Of a stretch of 64,000 bases of DNA, positions 50,197 through 59,924 are shown piece by piece; positions within the stretch are counted from its first letter, which is position 1; every line of letters starts with the position of its first letter. The stretch is from Gemmatimonadota bacterium (GTDB lineage: Bacteria; Gemmatimonadota; Gemmatimonadetes; Gemmatimonadales; GWC2-71-9), in contig JBDHDE010000001.1 of NCBI GenBank assembly GCA_039591655.1, forward strand, positions 1 to 64,000, read 5' to 3'. Made by a program: the position numbers and the translations under genes. The notes beneath the pieces are model-generated. The model ran no database searches, was not told the origin of the DNA, and saw only the letters and a program-made list of their open reading frames with translations.

Positions 50197-51189
50197 TCAG
50201 CTCGCCTGCGGCCCTTCGCCCTTCGCGATGCTGCTCCGCATCTCCGTGTCGCTCTCGATGTTGCGGTAGCGCACGAAGTCCATGACGCCGAGATTGCCGC
50301 TGCGGAACGCCTCGGCGATGGCCAGGGGCACCTGGGCCTCGGCCTCCACGACCCGGGCTCGCATCTCCTGGGTCCTAGCGATCATCTCCTGCTCCGAAGC
50401 CACGGCCATCGCGCGCCGCTCCTCGGCCTTGGCCTGCGCAATCCGCTTGTCCGCCTCGGCCTGGTCGGTCTGGAGCTCGGCTCCGATGTTCTTGCCGACG
50501 TCCACGTCGGCGATGTCGATGGAGAGGATCTCGAAGGCGGTGCCGCTGTCGAGTCCCTTGGCCAGCACCGTCTTCGAGATGTCGTCCGGATTCTCCAGCA
50601 CCGCCTTGTGCGAGGTCGCGGAGCCGATGGTCGACACGATGCCCTCACCCACGCGGGCCAGGATCGTCTCCTCGCCGGCTCCCCCCACCAACCGGTTGAT
50701 GTTCGCGCGCACCGTCACCCGCGAAATGGCGATTAGCTGAATGCCGTCCTTGGCCATGGCCGCGACCTTGGGCGTCGCGATCACCTTGGGGTTCACGGAG
50801 ACCTGCACCGCCTCGTGCACGTCCCGGCCCGCCAGGTCGATGGCTGCCGCCTTTTGGAACGAGAGCTCGATCCCGGCCTTGTCTGCGGAGATCAGGGCGC
50901 GGACCACCCGATCGACGCTGCCGCCGGCCAAGTAGTGCGCCTCGAGCTCGTTGATGTGGAGCGTGAGCCCGGCCTTGGTGGCGGCGATCAGGGGACGCAC
51001 CACGGCAGGCGGGCTCACCTTGCGCAGCCGCATCCCGACGAGGGTGCCGAGCGCGATCCGCACGCCCGAGAACCAGGCCTCGATCCACAGCCGGACCGGA
51101 ACGAAGTTGAACAGCAGTCCCACGAAGATCGCGCCGACGACCAGCAGGACGACGATGAACCACGTTCCCATCTGCGCCAGATCGTTCAT
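50197..51189 (-). CDS. floA: Flotillin-like protein FloA (YqfA)
   Basis: [73 protein letters not shown]. Confidence 0.95.
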   Translation of the reverse strand: MNDLAQMGTWFIVVLLVVGAIFVGLLFNFVPVRLWIEAWFSGVRIALGTLVGMRLRKVSPPAVVRPLIAATKAGLTLHINELEAHYLAGGSVDRVVRALISADKAGIELSFQKAAAIDLAGRDVHEAVQVSVNPKVIATPKVAAMAKDGIQLIAISRVTVRANINRLVGGAGEETILARVGEGIVSTIGSATSHKAVLENPDDISKTVLAKGLDSGTAFEILSIDIADVDVGKNIGAELQTDQAEADKRIAQAKAEERRAMAVASEQEMIARTQEMRARVVEAEAQVPLAIAEAFRSGNLGVMDFVRYRNIESDTEMRSSIAKGEGPQAS

Positions 51190-51211
51190 CGAGTACTCCT
51201 TAGCTTCGTAG

Positions 51212-52546
51212 TTATGCGCTCGGCCCCTCGTCGACGGGCTCGACGACGTGCCGGTAGCTCTCCGAGCTGATGATGCGGACGCGCTTCCCCTGGGCGATGA
51301 AACCCACGTCGGACACGACGTCAAGACGCTCGTCTCCGACCTTGATCGTTCCCGACGGCCTGAGGTCCGTGATGGCGACCCCTTCCAGGCCCACCAGATC
51401 GTCCCGCGTGGCGCCCGCGATGTACCCGTGCGCCCGATCGGTGGACGCCCGCAGGAAGATCCCCCGGGCGCGGCGGGCGGCGGGCAGCTTGCGTACGAGG
51501 ACGTAGACCGCCGCCACGATGATGAGGGCCGCGGCGAAGAGGATCCCGCTGGCGCGGGCCACGTCGGCCCACGTCGGGAGATTGCCGATCAACGCGAGGA
51601 AAACGGCCGAGCCGATACACAGCAGCGCGACGACGCCCGCGATCCCGAATCCAGGTACCACGAAGACCTCGATCCCCAAAGCCACCAGCCCCACGCCCAG
51701 GAGGATGACCTCCTCCAGGCCGGCGAGGCCGATGAGCAGATGGCTGCCGAAGAAGGCGGCGAGCGACAGCAGCCCCACCGCACCGGCCATGCCGAACGAC
51801 GGCGTCTTGATCTCGATGATCAGGCCGAGCGTTCCGATGGAGAGCAGCAGGGGCGCCACGAAGGGATGAGACAGGAACCGCACGAGGGCCTCAGCCCAGT
51901 TGATTCCCACGGTGACTACCTCTGCTCCCCCCAGATCGTGGAGCGCCAGCAGCGCGTCGAGATCCTCGACCTCACCGGCGGCCACGTCAAGCGCCACCGC
52001 CTCCTGGACCGTCAGGGTGAGGAGCTTCCCCTCCTCGATTACGCCCTCGATGGCGATCTCCTCGTCCACCATCGACTCCGCGATCCGGGGATCCAGCCCG
52101 CGTCGCTCGGCGAGAGCCCGCATCTCGCTCCGCATCGCGCTCACGATCTTCTCGGGAGCCTTCTGCCCCGACCCGGTGACGGGCGTGGCGGCGCCGATGG
52201 AGGAGGCGGGAACCATATAGATGGAGTCGGTGGCGAGTGCGATGATGGCGCCGGCACTCCACGCGTGCGTGTTGACCAGCGCGTGGATCGGGACCTCGCT
52301 CGCGGCAACCGCCTTGACGATCTGCTGCGCCGCGTCGATGCGGCCCCCCGGCGTATCGATGTCGAGGATCACGGCGGCAGCGCCGGCCTGTTGCGCCTCG
52401 GCTATGCCCCTTGCGATGTACGGTGCCAAACCGAGCTCGATGGTGCCCGTAACGGGTATGCGATAGACGAGCTGCTCCTGAGCCAGCCCGGCCGTTGGCT
52501 GCGCCACGAGCCAGGCGGCAACCAGCGTCATGCGCCAACGGGACAC
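51212..52546 (-). CDS. nfeD: NfeD family membrane-bound serine protease (YqeZ/NfeD1b)
   Basis: DIDTPGG, AWSAG, SIGAA, EKIVS, multi-TM region, OB-fold TDLRPSG. Confidence 0.93.
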   Translation of the reverse strand: MSRWRMTLVAAWLVAQPTAGLAQEQLVYRIPVTGTIELGLAPYIARGIAEAQQAGAAAVILDIDTPGGRIDAAQQIVKAVAASEVPIHALVNTHAWSAGAIIALATDSIYMVPASSIGAATPVTGSGQKAPEKIVSAMRSEMRALAERRGLDPRIAESMVDEEIAIEGVIEEGKLLTLTVQEAVALDVAAGEVEDLDALLALHDLGGAEVVTVGINWAEALVRFLSHPFVAPLLLSIGTLGLIIEIKTPSFGMAGAVGLLSLAAFFGSHLLIGLAGLEEVILLGVGLVALGIEVFVVPGFGIAGVVALLCIGSAVFLALIGNLPTWADVARASGILFAAALIIVAAVYVLVRKLPAARRARGIFLRASTDRAHGYIAGATRDDLVGLEGVAITDLRPSGTIKVGDERLDVVSDVGFIAQGKRVRIISSESYRHVVEPVDEGPSA

Positions 52547-52966
52547 GGCATCCCCCGCGTAGAGGTGATACTGGAAGTTAGGGGCCTGGTTGACGGCGGG
52601 GAAGTTGCGGCGCGCCGTGGCCGACCTCTCGTGAGCCCTGCGCCACGCTGCGTGCGCTATGCGACATTCAGGTCATCGATGGAGGCCGAATCGCAGGGAT
52701 GTCTTGCGGGGGGAAAAGAACGCTGCGGTCTGCTGAGCCCGGGCTTGCGTGGTCCCGCTCGTCCCCTCCCGACGAGATACCTTGCCTGGCGGCAGGTTGC
52801 TCAGCAAACCGCAGTGTCGTCTTCTGCGGTATTCAATCGGAATATCTGTGCCACGGCTGCGCCCGCGCGTAAGCAGTTGAGTTGCTGTAGCTTAGCGGTC
52901 CGTGGCACCGCTTCGCACCACCCGGGTTGACCGGTATTCGGCACGGCGGCTCGCAAAATAGGACAC

Positions 52967-55306
52967 TCAACCAGGCGGTTGAAGTTGTCCCGGGCTGGTC
53001 GCCGCCCCCAGCCGGACCCACCGCAGCGAGGTGACGAAGGCCAGGGCGTACATGCCAAGAGCCAACAGGTAGAGCGAGCGGAAGCCGAAGTACATCGAGT
53101 TGTACTCCAGAAACCCTCCCAACATCGCGCCGAACAGGTTGGACGATAGCGCCACCGCCACCGAGGAGGACCGCTTGAGCTCGGATGAGAACGCGAAGCC
53201 GGAGAAGAACAGCGGTAGGGTGAGCAAACCGGTGAGCAGGACACGCCCGAGCCACGGCGCCAGGGCGCTCAGATCCGCCGTCCCCAGCAACATGCCGGCG
53301 ATCAGCGAGGCACCCAGGAGGCCGTAGGTCACGATGGGCCGGGGCGCCCCGACGCGGATCACGGCCAGGTTGGCCAGGAAGGCCATGATGAGGATCGCGG
53401 CAATCACCGCGCCGACCACGATCCAGGTGCTGCCATAGACCAGGGCCAGCTCGGTGATGCCCTTGGTCTCGACCAGCATGAACCCCGCGCCAAGGAAGAA
53501 GCACGGCGCGGACCATGCGCCTCGGCCTCCGGGTGTGAGCTGGCGGAGCAGTACCACAGACAGGAGGAGCAACACCACGATCATGGCGAGATACGTGCTC
53601 GGATAAGTGCGGACCGGCATGTAGAAGAACGGCCAGTCGTCGGTCGAGACGTCTGCCCGCAGCGTATCCTGGGCGAACAGGGAGCTCTGCCGGATGTCAC
53701 GCGTCGCGATGGGCGTTGCCGGACCGGTGAGTGACTCGCCGATCACGAAGGTGTACCCCTGGTCGTAGACCGTGCGGTACACGAGGGGTTCCTGGCCGTC
53801 GAACGCTTCCCGGAGCATCAGGTACAGCTTCCTGCCCAGGCCCGGGCTGACCACGCTGAAGGTCAGGCAAATGAGGCCGCCGTCCCGCAGCCGGGCCCGG
53901 GCCTCGCGGAATGCCTCGACCGTGTAGACGTAGGAGTCCAGCCGCACCCCCCCGCGACCTGACAGCAGCGTGTGCGAGTCCAGCAGACCGTACACGATGA
54001 GGTCGTATTCCCGGTTTGTGCCGCGGATGTGGGCACGCGCGTCGTTCACGATCGCGGTGACGTTCTCCGCCCGGTAGGGCAGCGTCGGGTGCAGCAGCTT
54101 GCCGAACCTGAGAATCGCGGGATCGATCTCCACCGCGTCGATCTCCCCGGCGCCGAACTTGACGGCAGCCGCCACATCGTTGCCGGTGCCACTCCCGACG
54201 ATCAGCACCCGCTCGGGTGCGGGCTTGAAGCTATACGGAACCGCATAGTGACTCGCCCAACCGCTCACCTCGCCTTGCGGTGTGGAGTCGGCGCTAAGGT
54301 CCAGCAGCCGCTGGTAGTACACGTTGTTGACACGCACCTCTGGAGGTGCGTTGCCCGTCACGATCAACGTCAGGATCTGATATGGGGAGAAGACGTCCAG
54401 CTGGTTCGGCCGCAGTGACACTCCAAGGAGAGCAACGGCGCAGGCGCCGGCGACGGCGGTGGGAAGCAAGCTGCGCATGCGGGCGCGGAGGAACACCAGC
54501 AGCGCCAGCACGGCGGCCAGGTACCAGATCGCGGGCGGCGCCCACATGAACGACAGCACGTTGAACAGCACGATGCCGAGCAAGCTGCCGGCCAGGTTCC
54601 AGCTGTACGCGACCAGCTTGCCGCGCCGCAGCATGAGGCGGGACGCCAAATGCCCGAGGGGGATGAAGCAGACGGCGTTGAATGCGTACACCGCCACCAT
54701 GAAACCGTAGACCGCCATCGCCCGGCTGTAAGAGCCGGCGGAGTGGATCCCGAGCCCCAGTTGTTCGGTCACGGGAGTCTGCAGCGAGACCGCCACCGGG
54801 TGGTGCCGCAGCAGGTACATGAGCACGCCCTGCAACGCCAGGAGGGGCATCACGAGGGGCGTGGTGAGCGGCCGGCGGGGTCCGAGAACGTACCCGATGC
54901 CCAGTCCCAGGAAGCACGACAGGAGGCTCACGTTCTTGAAGTACGCGAAGAGCTGGAAGTAGGAGGCGTGCAGCCGGATCATCATCAGCTCGGCGTAGAG
55001 CCCCAGTCCGGCGGCGAGGGCGATGTATAGCCCCAGGCGTCGCGCGGGCAGCTCGTCGATGCCGTCGGTGTGCTCCTCCAGCAGCTTCACGATCCACGGC
55101 CACCAGCGGTGCCGGTTGAACCAGAGCGTGGCCACGAGGACTGCCAGGAGAATGGGGGAGTCGAACAAGAGGATGTCCGCCCACGACTCGAGAGGCTCGC
55201 TCCAGAACACGCCCATGGCGAACAACGTCCAGCCGACGCACACCACGGCGATGATGAGCCAGAACCACTGCTGCGCTCTTGTTGCGTGCACCGGCTCTCC
55301 GGTCAC
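52967..55306 (-). CDS. Polytopic membrane protein with central spermidine-synthase-like SAM-binding domain
   Basis: Many TMs at both ends. VLIVGSGTGND, AVEIDP, VNDAR, YDLIVYGLLDSH, YTVEAF, STDDWPF. Confidence 0.85.
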   Translation of the reverse strand: MTGEPVHATRAQQWFWLIIAVVCVGWTLFAMGVFWSEPLESWADILLFDSPILLAVLVATLWFNRHRWWPWIVKLLEEHTDGIDELPARRLGLYIALAAGLGLYAELMMIRLHASYFQLFAYFKNVSLLSCFLGLGIGYVLGPRRPLTTPLVMPLLALQGVLMYLLRHHPVAVSLQTPVTEQLGLGIHSAGSYSRAMAVYGFMVAVYAFNAVCFIPLGHLASRLMLRRGKLVAYSWNLAGSLLGIVLFNVLSFMWAPPAIWYLAAVLALLVFLRARMRSLLPTAVAGACAVALLGVSLRPNQLDVFSPYQILTLIVTGNAPPEVRVNNVYYQRLLDLSADSTPQGEVSGWASHYAVPYSFKPAPERVLIVGSGTGNDVAAAVKFGAGEIDAVEIDPAILRFGKLLHPTLPYRAENVTAIVNDARAHIRGTNREYDLIVYGLLDSHTLLSGRGGVRLDSYVYTVEAFREARARLRDGGLICLTFSVVSPGLGRKLYLMLREAFDGQEPLVYRTVYDQGYTFVIGESLTGPATPIATRDIRQSSLFAQDTLRADVSTDDWPFFYMPVRTYPSTYLAMIVVLLLLSVVLLRQLTPGGRGAWSAPCFFLGAGFMLVETKGITELALVYGSTWIVVGAVIAAILIMAFLANLAVIRVGAPRPIVTYGLLGASLIAGMLLGTADLSALAPWLGRVLLTGLLTLPLFFSGFAFSSELKRSSSVAVALSSNLFGAMLGGFLEYNSMYFGFRSLYLLALGMYALAFVTSLRWVRLGAATSPGQLQPPG

Positions 55307-55415
55307 GACTTGCCTCCTTTGGCCTCGGACTCTGCAACGCGGCCGTACCCCAGCCCGGCGGGCGGCGCTCGTGCGATGAGATGCGGCCTTTGCACGGGAG
55401 AAACTATGTCAGACA

Positions 55416-56645
55416 TCACACTCCCCGCAGCGCGGTCGGCCCACATCGGTCGCAGCCGCTGCACCGCGGCAGCTGCTCCCCGAGGTAGGCCAGGAGCACC
55501 CGCCGCCGGCAGCCCCTGGTGCTCACGTAGCGGCCCATGGTGCGCAGGCCCCGTCGCCGGGCCTCGCGCAGGGCCGCGGAGTCGTGTGACGCCGCCGTAC
55601 CCTCACCGGCGAGGCGCCGGGCCAAGGCCAGGTCCCCGGGGATCCACAACATCTCGCACCGGGCCGGGGATCCGTCACGGCCCGCCCGGCCCGCCTCTTG
55701 GAAGTAGGCCTCCGGTCGCGGTGGGACCCCGAGGTGGGCCACCAGCCGGACGTTGGGCTGGTCGATCCCCATCCCGAAGGCGTTGGTGGCCACGATTACG
55801 CGGACCCGGCCGTCCAGGAACCGGACCAGCAGGCCCTGCCGCGCGGAGCCCGGGAGCCCCGCATGGTAGGGCAGCGCGGCGTAGCCCCACTGCCTCAGGA
55901 TAGTGGCCACGCCGTCGGCCTGATTGCGCGTCGGTACGTAGACGATCGCGCTACCCTCGAGCGGCCCCAGCAGCCGGCCCAACTCCCTGAGCCGCTCGCG
56001 ATTGGCGGGATACCGCCGCGCTGCGAAGAAGAGATTCGGCCGGTCGAACGACTGCAGGATCCGCACGGGCCGCCGCAGCCGTAGCACACGGACGATGTCT
56101 CGCCGCGTCTCAGGAGTCGCCGTCGCAGTTACCGCTGTCGTGGGCGGTCTCCCCAGTGCCGCCCGGTGCGTGCCCAGCGCCCGGTAGTGCGGCCGGAAGT
56201 CGTGGCCCCACTCGCTGATGCAGTGGGCCTCGTCCACCGCGAGGAGGCTCGGGGGCCGCCGCAGCACCGCCACCAGCTGCCCCACCCGCTCCGGGGCCAC
56301 GTACAACAGCTTGATTCGGCCAGCCCGCAGGCCGGCCCACACGGCGCTCCGGGTCGCCGGCTTCTGGGTGCTGGAGAGGTAAGCGGCCGCCACGCCACGG
56401 GCGCGCAGGGCGGCGACCTGGTCCTGCATCAGCGAGATTAGAGGGGAGACCACGATGGCGAGCCCGGGCAGGGCCAGGGCCGGCACCTGGTAGCACAGGG
56501 ACTTCCCTCCCCCGGTGGGTAACACCGCCAGGCAGTCACGGCCTCGCAGCGCCGCCAGGACGGCGCGGCGCTGATGATGGCGGAACCCGTTAAAGCCCCA
56601 GAAACGTCCCAGGATGGCCTGGGCGTCGCTCAACGTAAGCTGCAC
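55416..56645 (-). CDS. recQ: RecQ family DNA helicase, short form
   Basis: PTGGGKSLCYQ, VDEAHCISEWGHDFRP, TATAT, YHAG, ATNAFGMGID, QEAGRAGRDG, terminal Cys cluster. Confidence 0.93.
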   Translation of the reverse strand: MQLTLSDAQAILGRFWGFNGFRHHQRRAVLAALRGRDCLAVLPTGGGKSLCYQVPALALPGLAIVVSPLISLMQDQVAALRARGVAAAYLSSTQKPATRSAVWAGLRAGRIKLLYVAPERVGQLVAVLRRPPSLLAVDEAHCISEWGHDFRPHYRALGTHRAALGRPPTTAVTATATPETRRDIVRVLRLRRPVRILQSFDRPNLFFAARRYPANRERLRELGRLLGPLEGSAIVYVPTRNQADGVATILRQWGYAALPYHAGLPGSARQGLLVRFLDGRVRVIVATNAFGMGIDQPNVRLVAHLGVPPRPEAYFQEAGRAGRDGSPARCEMLWIPGDLALARRLAGEGTAASHDSAALREARRRGLRTMGRYVSTRGCRRRVLLAYLGEQLPRCSGCDRCGPTALRGV

Positions 56646-56759
56646 CCGCCGACCCTCGGAGGCAGTGAAGGTCGACGAAACGTGGGGTACCGTGAGGTAG
56701 TGGTGGGATTACACCGCCGCTCGGTGTATCACATCTCCGCGGTTGCTGCCTCCGTCGCT

Positions 56760-57710
56760 TCAGTACACCTCCAGGTCCTTCCCGTAGGCGACGCGGCCGT
56801 CCCACCCGCTCTCGACCTCGGCCACCAACTCCTCGGGCGTCGCGCCCCAAAGCAGCTGGTGGTACAGCACCAGCAGCTGCGGCCGGGCTCGGTGGGCGAG
56901 CGCCGCCAGCTGCAGGCTGGAGGTATGGGACTGAGCGTGATACGCCTGCCACACGGGCGCGCGACCCTCATAGCCGCTCTGCGAGTACACCTCGTGCACC
57001 AGCACGTCGCAGCCGTTGCAGTGCTCGACGACGCTCTCGCTCGGTGTGGCATCCCCGGAGACGACGATAGTTCGCCCCGCGCCCTCGAAGCGGAACCCGA
57101 AGGCATGATCCCACGATCCGTGGTGCACCGGAAACGCCGTTACCCGGACCTTGTCGTCCTGGTATACGAGGCCGGCGGAGATCTCGTGCACCTCTACGCG
57201 GTGGCCCCCGGGGTTTGCCGGCTCGAGCCCTTCCAAACGAATGGCGACGTCCTCGGCGTAGGCCTCGCTGAGGTGTCTCACCATGGCAGCGACGCCCGGC
57301 GGCCCGTACACCGCCAGGGGGCGGTCGCGTTCCAAGACCCAGGGCGTGAACATGAGGTCCGGGAGCCCCAGCGTGTGGTCGCTGTGGAGGTGTGTGAGGA
57401 AGACGATGTCGAGGTTCGGCGCGTCCAGAGCCGCCACCCCCCGGTCCCTGGCGGCATGGGCCCGCCGCACGATCCCGGGCCCGGCGTCCACCAGGTAGGG
57501 CCGCTCGTCCACTATCACGGCGAGGGCGGGGCCGGATCGCTCGGGCTCCGCGTTGGGCGTGCCCGTGCCCAGGAGCACCACACGGGCGCGGGACATGTCC
57601 GCGGGCCGCGCTCCCCCAGGTGCCGACTCCCCGCTCCCACACCCGGCGACCAGCGCCATGACCCCGAGCAGCAGCGACCGCGTCAGGTCACCGTGTCGCA
57701 GCATAGACAA
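56760..57710 (-). CDS. MBL-fold metallo-hydrolase (RNase Z/AtsA-like), probable lipoprotein
   Basis: LLGTGTP, LVDAG, THLHSDH, SGD, LVHE, SHT. Lipobox LVAGC. Confidence 0.88.
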   Translation of the reverse strand: MSMLRHGDLTRSLLLGVMALVAGCGSGESAPGGARPADMSRARVVLLGTGTPNAEPERSGPALAVIVDERPYLVDAGPGIVRRAHAARDRGVAALDAPNLDIVFLTHLHSDHTLGLPDLMFTPWVLERDRPLAVYGPPGVAAMVRHLSEAYAEDVAIRLEGLEPANPGGHRVEVHEISAGLVYQDDKVRVTAFPVHHGSWDHAFGFRFEGAGRTIVVSGDATPSESVVEHCNGCDVLVHEVYSQSGYEGRAPVWQAYHAQSHTSSLQLAALAHRARPQLLVLYHQLLWGATPEELVAEVESGWDGRVAYGKDLEVY

Positions 57711-58209
57711 AGACGTCCTGAGGCTCGGTGCCGAGGTTGGGAAACAGCATGTACCGGTGCAGCACGCCCTCGCGCACCATACCGGCCTTCTCCATGACCC
57801 TGGCCGAGGCGCCGTTGTCGACGTGACACATCGCCTGCACGCGGTAGATCTCCGGGAGCTCCAGCCCGAAGTCGATCACGGCGCGCACGGCCTCGGTTCC
57901 GTATCCCCGGCCCCAGTGAGATCGGGCGATGTTGAATCCGAACTCGGACCAGGGCGCATGAACGCGGAGGTGCATGGCGCCGATGACACCGCCGGCCGTC
58001 AGCGTCATGACCCAGGGGTAGCCGTCTTCTCCATGCTCCAGGAAGTGATCCAGGAACGCCACCGTCTCCTCCATGGAGCGGTGCGGCTTCCAGATGACGA
58101 ACCGGGCGACCTCCGGATCGGTGGCATACCCCTGGTAGATCGCCTCCGCATCCTCGCGGCGGGGTGGACGGAGGATCAGCCGCTCCGTCGCGATGGTGGC
58201 CAGGGGCAT
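57688..58209 (-). CDS. GNAT (RimJ/RimL-type) N-acetyltransferase
   Basis: TERLILRP, HWGRGYGTEA, NGASARVMEKAGM..EG. ATG at 58209. Confidence 0.92.
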   Translation of the reverse strand: MPLATIATERLILRPPRREDAEAIYQGYATDPEVARFVIWKPHRSMEETVAFLDHFLEHGEDGYPWVMTLTAGGVIGAMHLRVHAPWSEFGFNIARSHWGRGYGTEAVRAVIDFGLELPEIYRVQAMCHVDNGASARVMEKAGMVREGVLHRYMLFPNLGTEPQDVFVYAATR

Positions 58210-58244
58210 GCGGCTCGTCTCGGCGGCACTCGCGCAGGTGCGCG

Positions 58245-58778
58245 CTACTGGATGATCGATGCCACGTCGCCCGGCACCGCGGTGAACGTTCCCGCGAGCA
58301 TTACCGAGTCGTCCCCCACGAAAAAGCTCGTGGCGGAGAAACCGAACGAGCCCTGCAGCGTGTCTCCACTGGCGCTCGCGATAGTGAACGCGCCTGTGTC
58401 CGATACGAAGAACCCGAAGTCGGCCAGTGTCACCTGGTGGAGGTACGCGGCCGTGAAGTCGTCCGCCGTGCAGCTGGTGCAATCCCCGGGGAAGATCACG
58501 TAGTCGCCGGGACCGGGCGCCGTGGGGTTGTCCCGCCCGATCGTGATGAGATCGGAGTTGTTGGTCCCAGGCGTGCCGCGCACCATGGCCAGAACGAACA
58601 CGTCTTGACCCTGGACTTGGGCCGTCCCGTGGATCGCCTCCCCGCTCAGGTTGAGGCTCAGGTGGCCGCTCACGGTCGCCTGGAACGACCCTTGGGTCGC
58701 GGGCGCCGTGCTGTCGCCGCCGCACGCGGCCGCTGCCAGAAGCACGGCTCCCCAGAGCCACATCCGTTGCTTGACCAC
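58245..58778 (-). CDS. Hypothetical beta-rich lipoprotein
   Basis: Signal with lipobox AAAC-GG, CTSC, beta-strand pattern LQGSFGFSA. Confidence 0.75.
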   Translation of the reverse strand: MVKQRMWLWGAVLLAAAACGGDSTAPATQGSFQATVSGHLSLNLSGEAIHGTAQVQGQDVFVLAMVRGTPGTNNSDLITIGRDNPTAPGPGDYVIFPGDCTSCTADDFTAAYLHQVTLADFGFFVSDTGAFTIASASGDTLQGSFGFSATSFFVGDDSVMLAGTFTAVPGDVASIIQ

Positions 58779-58801
58779 GCTTCCCCCTTTGCTCTCCTCG
58801 T

Positions 58802-59563
58802 CTACTTCTCCAGGAACCGCCCCACCGCTTCCTTGAAGTCCGGCGTGCTCCGTGCCACCGCGTTCACCTTCGCGCCCAGAGCGATGGCTTCCTCGAAGCT
58901 GCGCCCGTCGATTTCGTAGAGCTGCTGCTTGATGAATGCCAGGGCGGAGCCGCTGGCCCCCGCCACCTCGCCCAGCAGCGCCGTCGTGTCATCCTCGAAG
59001 CTCGCCGCCGGCAGGACCCGGGAGACCAGCCCGACCTGCCGCGCCTCCTCCGCCGAGAGCATCCGGCCCGTGCCCACCAGGTCGAACGCCACCTTCTCGC
59101 CCACGGCGCGCCTGAGCATCGCCATCACCATGGCCGGCACGAATCCACGGCGCACCTCCGGATAGCCGAAGGTTGCCTCGGCATGGGCGAAGACGAGATC
59201 ACAGGCGCTGGCTAGCCCGCAGCCGCCGGCAAGCGCCCTGCCGCGCACCACTGCCACCACGGGCTTGGGCAGCGACCGCATGCGTATGAAGACCCGGCCG
59301 AGGCGCATCGCCCCGGCCTCGTTCTCCCCCGGCGACTGGTCGGCCGACGCCAGCAACTCGGCTAGGTCGGCTCCGGCACAGAAGTCCTTGCCGGCCCCCC
59401 GGAGGGCCACCACTCGTACCGCGGCATCCAGGTCGGCGCGCTGCAACTGCTCGTGGAGCTGCTCCACCATCGGTGTGTCGAGGGCGTTGCGCTTCTCCGG
59501 ACGGTTCAGCGTGAGCTCCAGCACCCCGTCGCTCACCTGCGCCAGCACCCGTTCAGTCGACAT
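58802..59563 (-). CDS. Crotonase family hydratase (methylglutaconyl-CoA/AtuE-LiuC-like)
   Basis: LNRPEKRNAL, FCAGADL, GGCGLA (first Glu absent), YPEVRRGFVPA. Confidence 0.85.
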   Translation of the reverse strand: MSTERVLAQVSDGVLELTLNRPEKRNALDTPMVEQLHEQLQRADLDAAVRVVALRGAGKDFCAGADLAELLASADQSPGENEAGAMRLGRVFIRMRSLPKPVVAVVRGRALAGGCGLASACDLVFAHAEATFGYPEVRRGFVPAMVMAMLRRAVGEKVAFDLVGTGRMLSAEEARQVGLVSRVLPAASFEDDTTALLGEVAGASGSALAFIKQQLYEIDGRSFEEAIALGAKVNAVARSTPDFKEAVGRFLEK

Positions 59564-59924
59564 CGAAGCCTCGCGGTATCGGGATCTCCATCCGCAGTAG
59601 CGCGGTGGAGAGCACCTTGCCCTGTGCATCGGTCTTGAGGGAGAGGGTGCCGCCCCCACCGAGCGCTCCATGCAGCAGGAAGTTGAGCGCGTTGAGGTTG
59701 GGCAACTCGTAGCGCTCCACGTCACCGGTGATCAAGTCCCGGAAGTGTCGCGCCACGCGCTTGGCCGTCACGGCCTTCGCCAGGAGCGGGTAGTACTCGG
59801 GCTTGAGGGCGATGAGGCCGATGTTCGCCGTGTCACCCTTGTCGCCGGAGCGGGCGTGGGCCAGCCGGAGCAGCGGCACCGTTCTGCGAGGCTCGGAGGC
59901 TGCCGATCCGAGATCAGGCTGCAA
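59553..59924 (-). CDS. AtuA C-terminal-like small protein
   Basis: [40 protein letters not shown]. Start uncertain (TTG 59924 or GTG 59879). Confidence 0.85.
   Translation of the reverse strand: MQPDLGSAASEPRRTVPLLRLAHARSGDKGDTANIGLIALKPEYYPLLAKAVTAKRVARHFRDLITGDVERYELPNLNALNFLLHGALGGGGTLSLKTDAQGKVLSTALLRMEIPIPRGFDVD

Noticed and set aside
52547..52620. SigW-like promoter upstream of nfeD, as in B. subtilis
   Set aside because: AAC motifs are present, but no CGT-type -10 lies at 16-17 nt spacing.
52801..52960. c-di-GMP riboswitch or sigma54 promoters (GCAAACC, TGGCAC motifs)
   Set aside because: No GNRA loop or downstream riboswitch consensus. GG-to-GC spacing is 9 or 11 rather than 10, or the -12 GC is missing.
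57688..58761. 357-aa GNAT fusion protein
   Set aside because: The N-terminal half is an off-frame read of the lipoprotein gene 58245-58778. The GNAT starts at ATG 58209.
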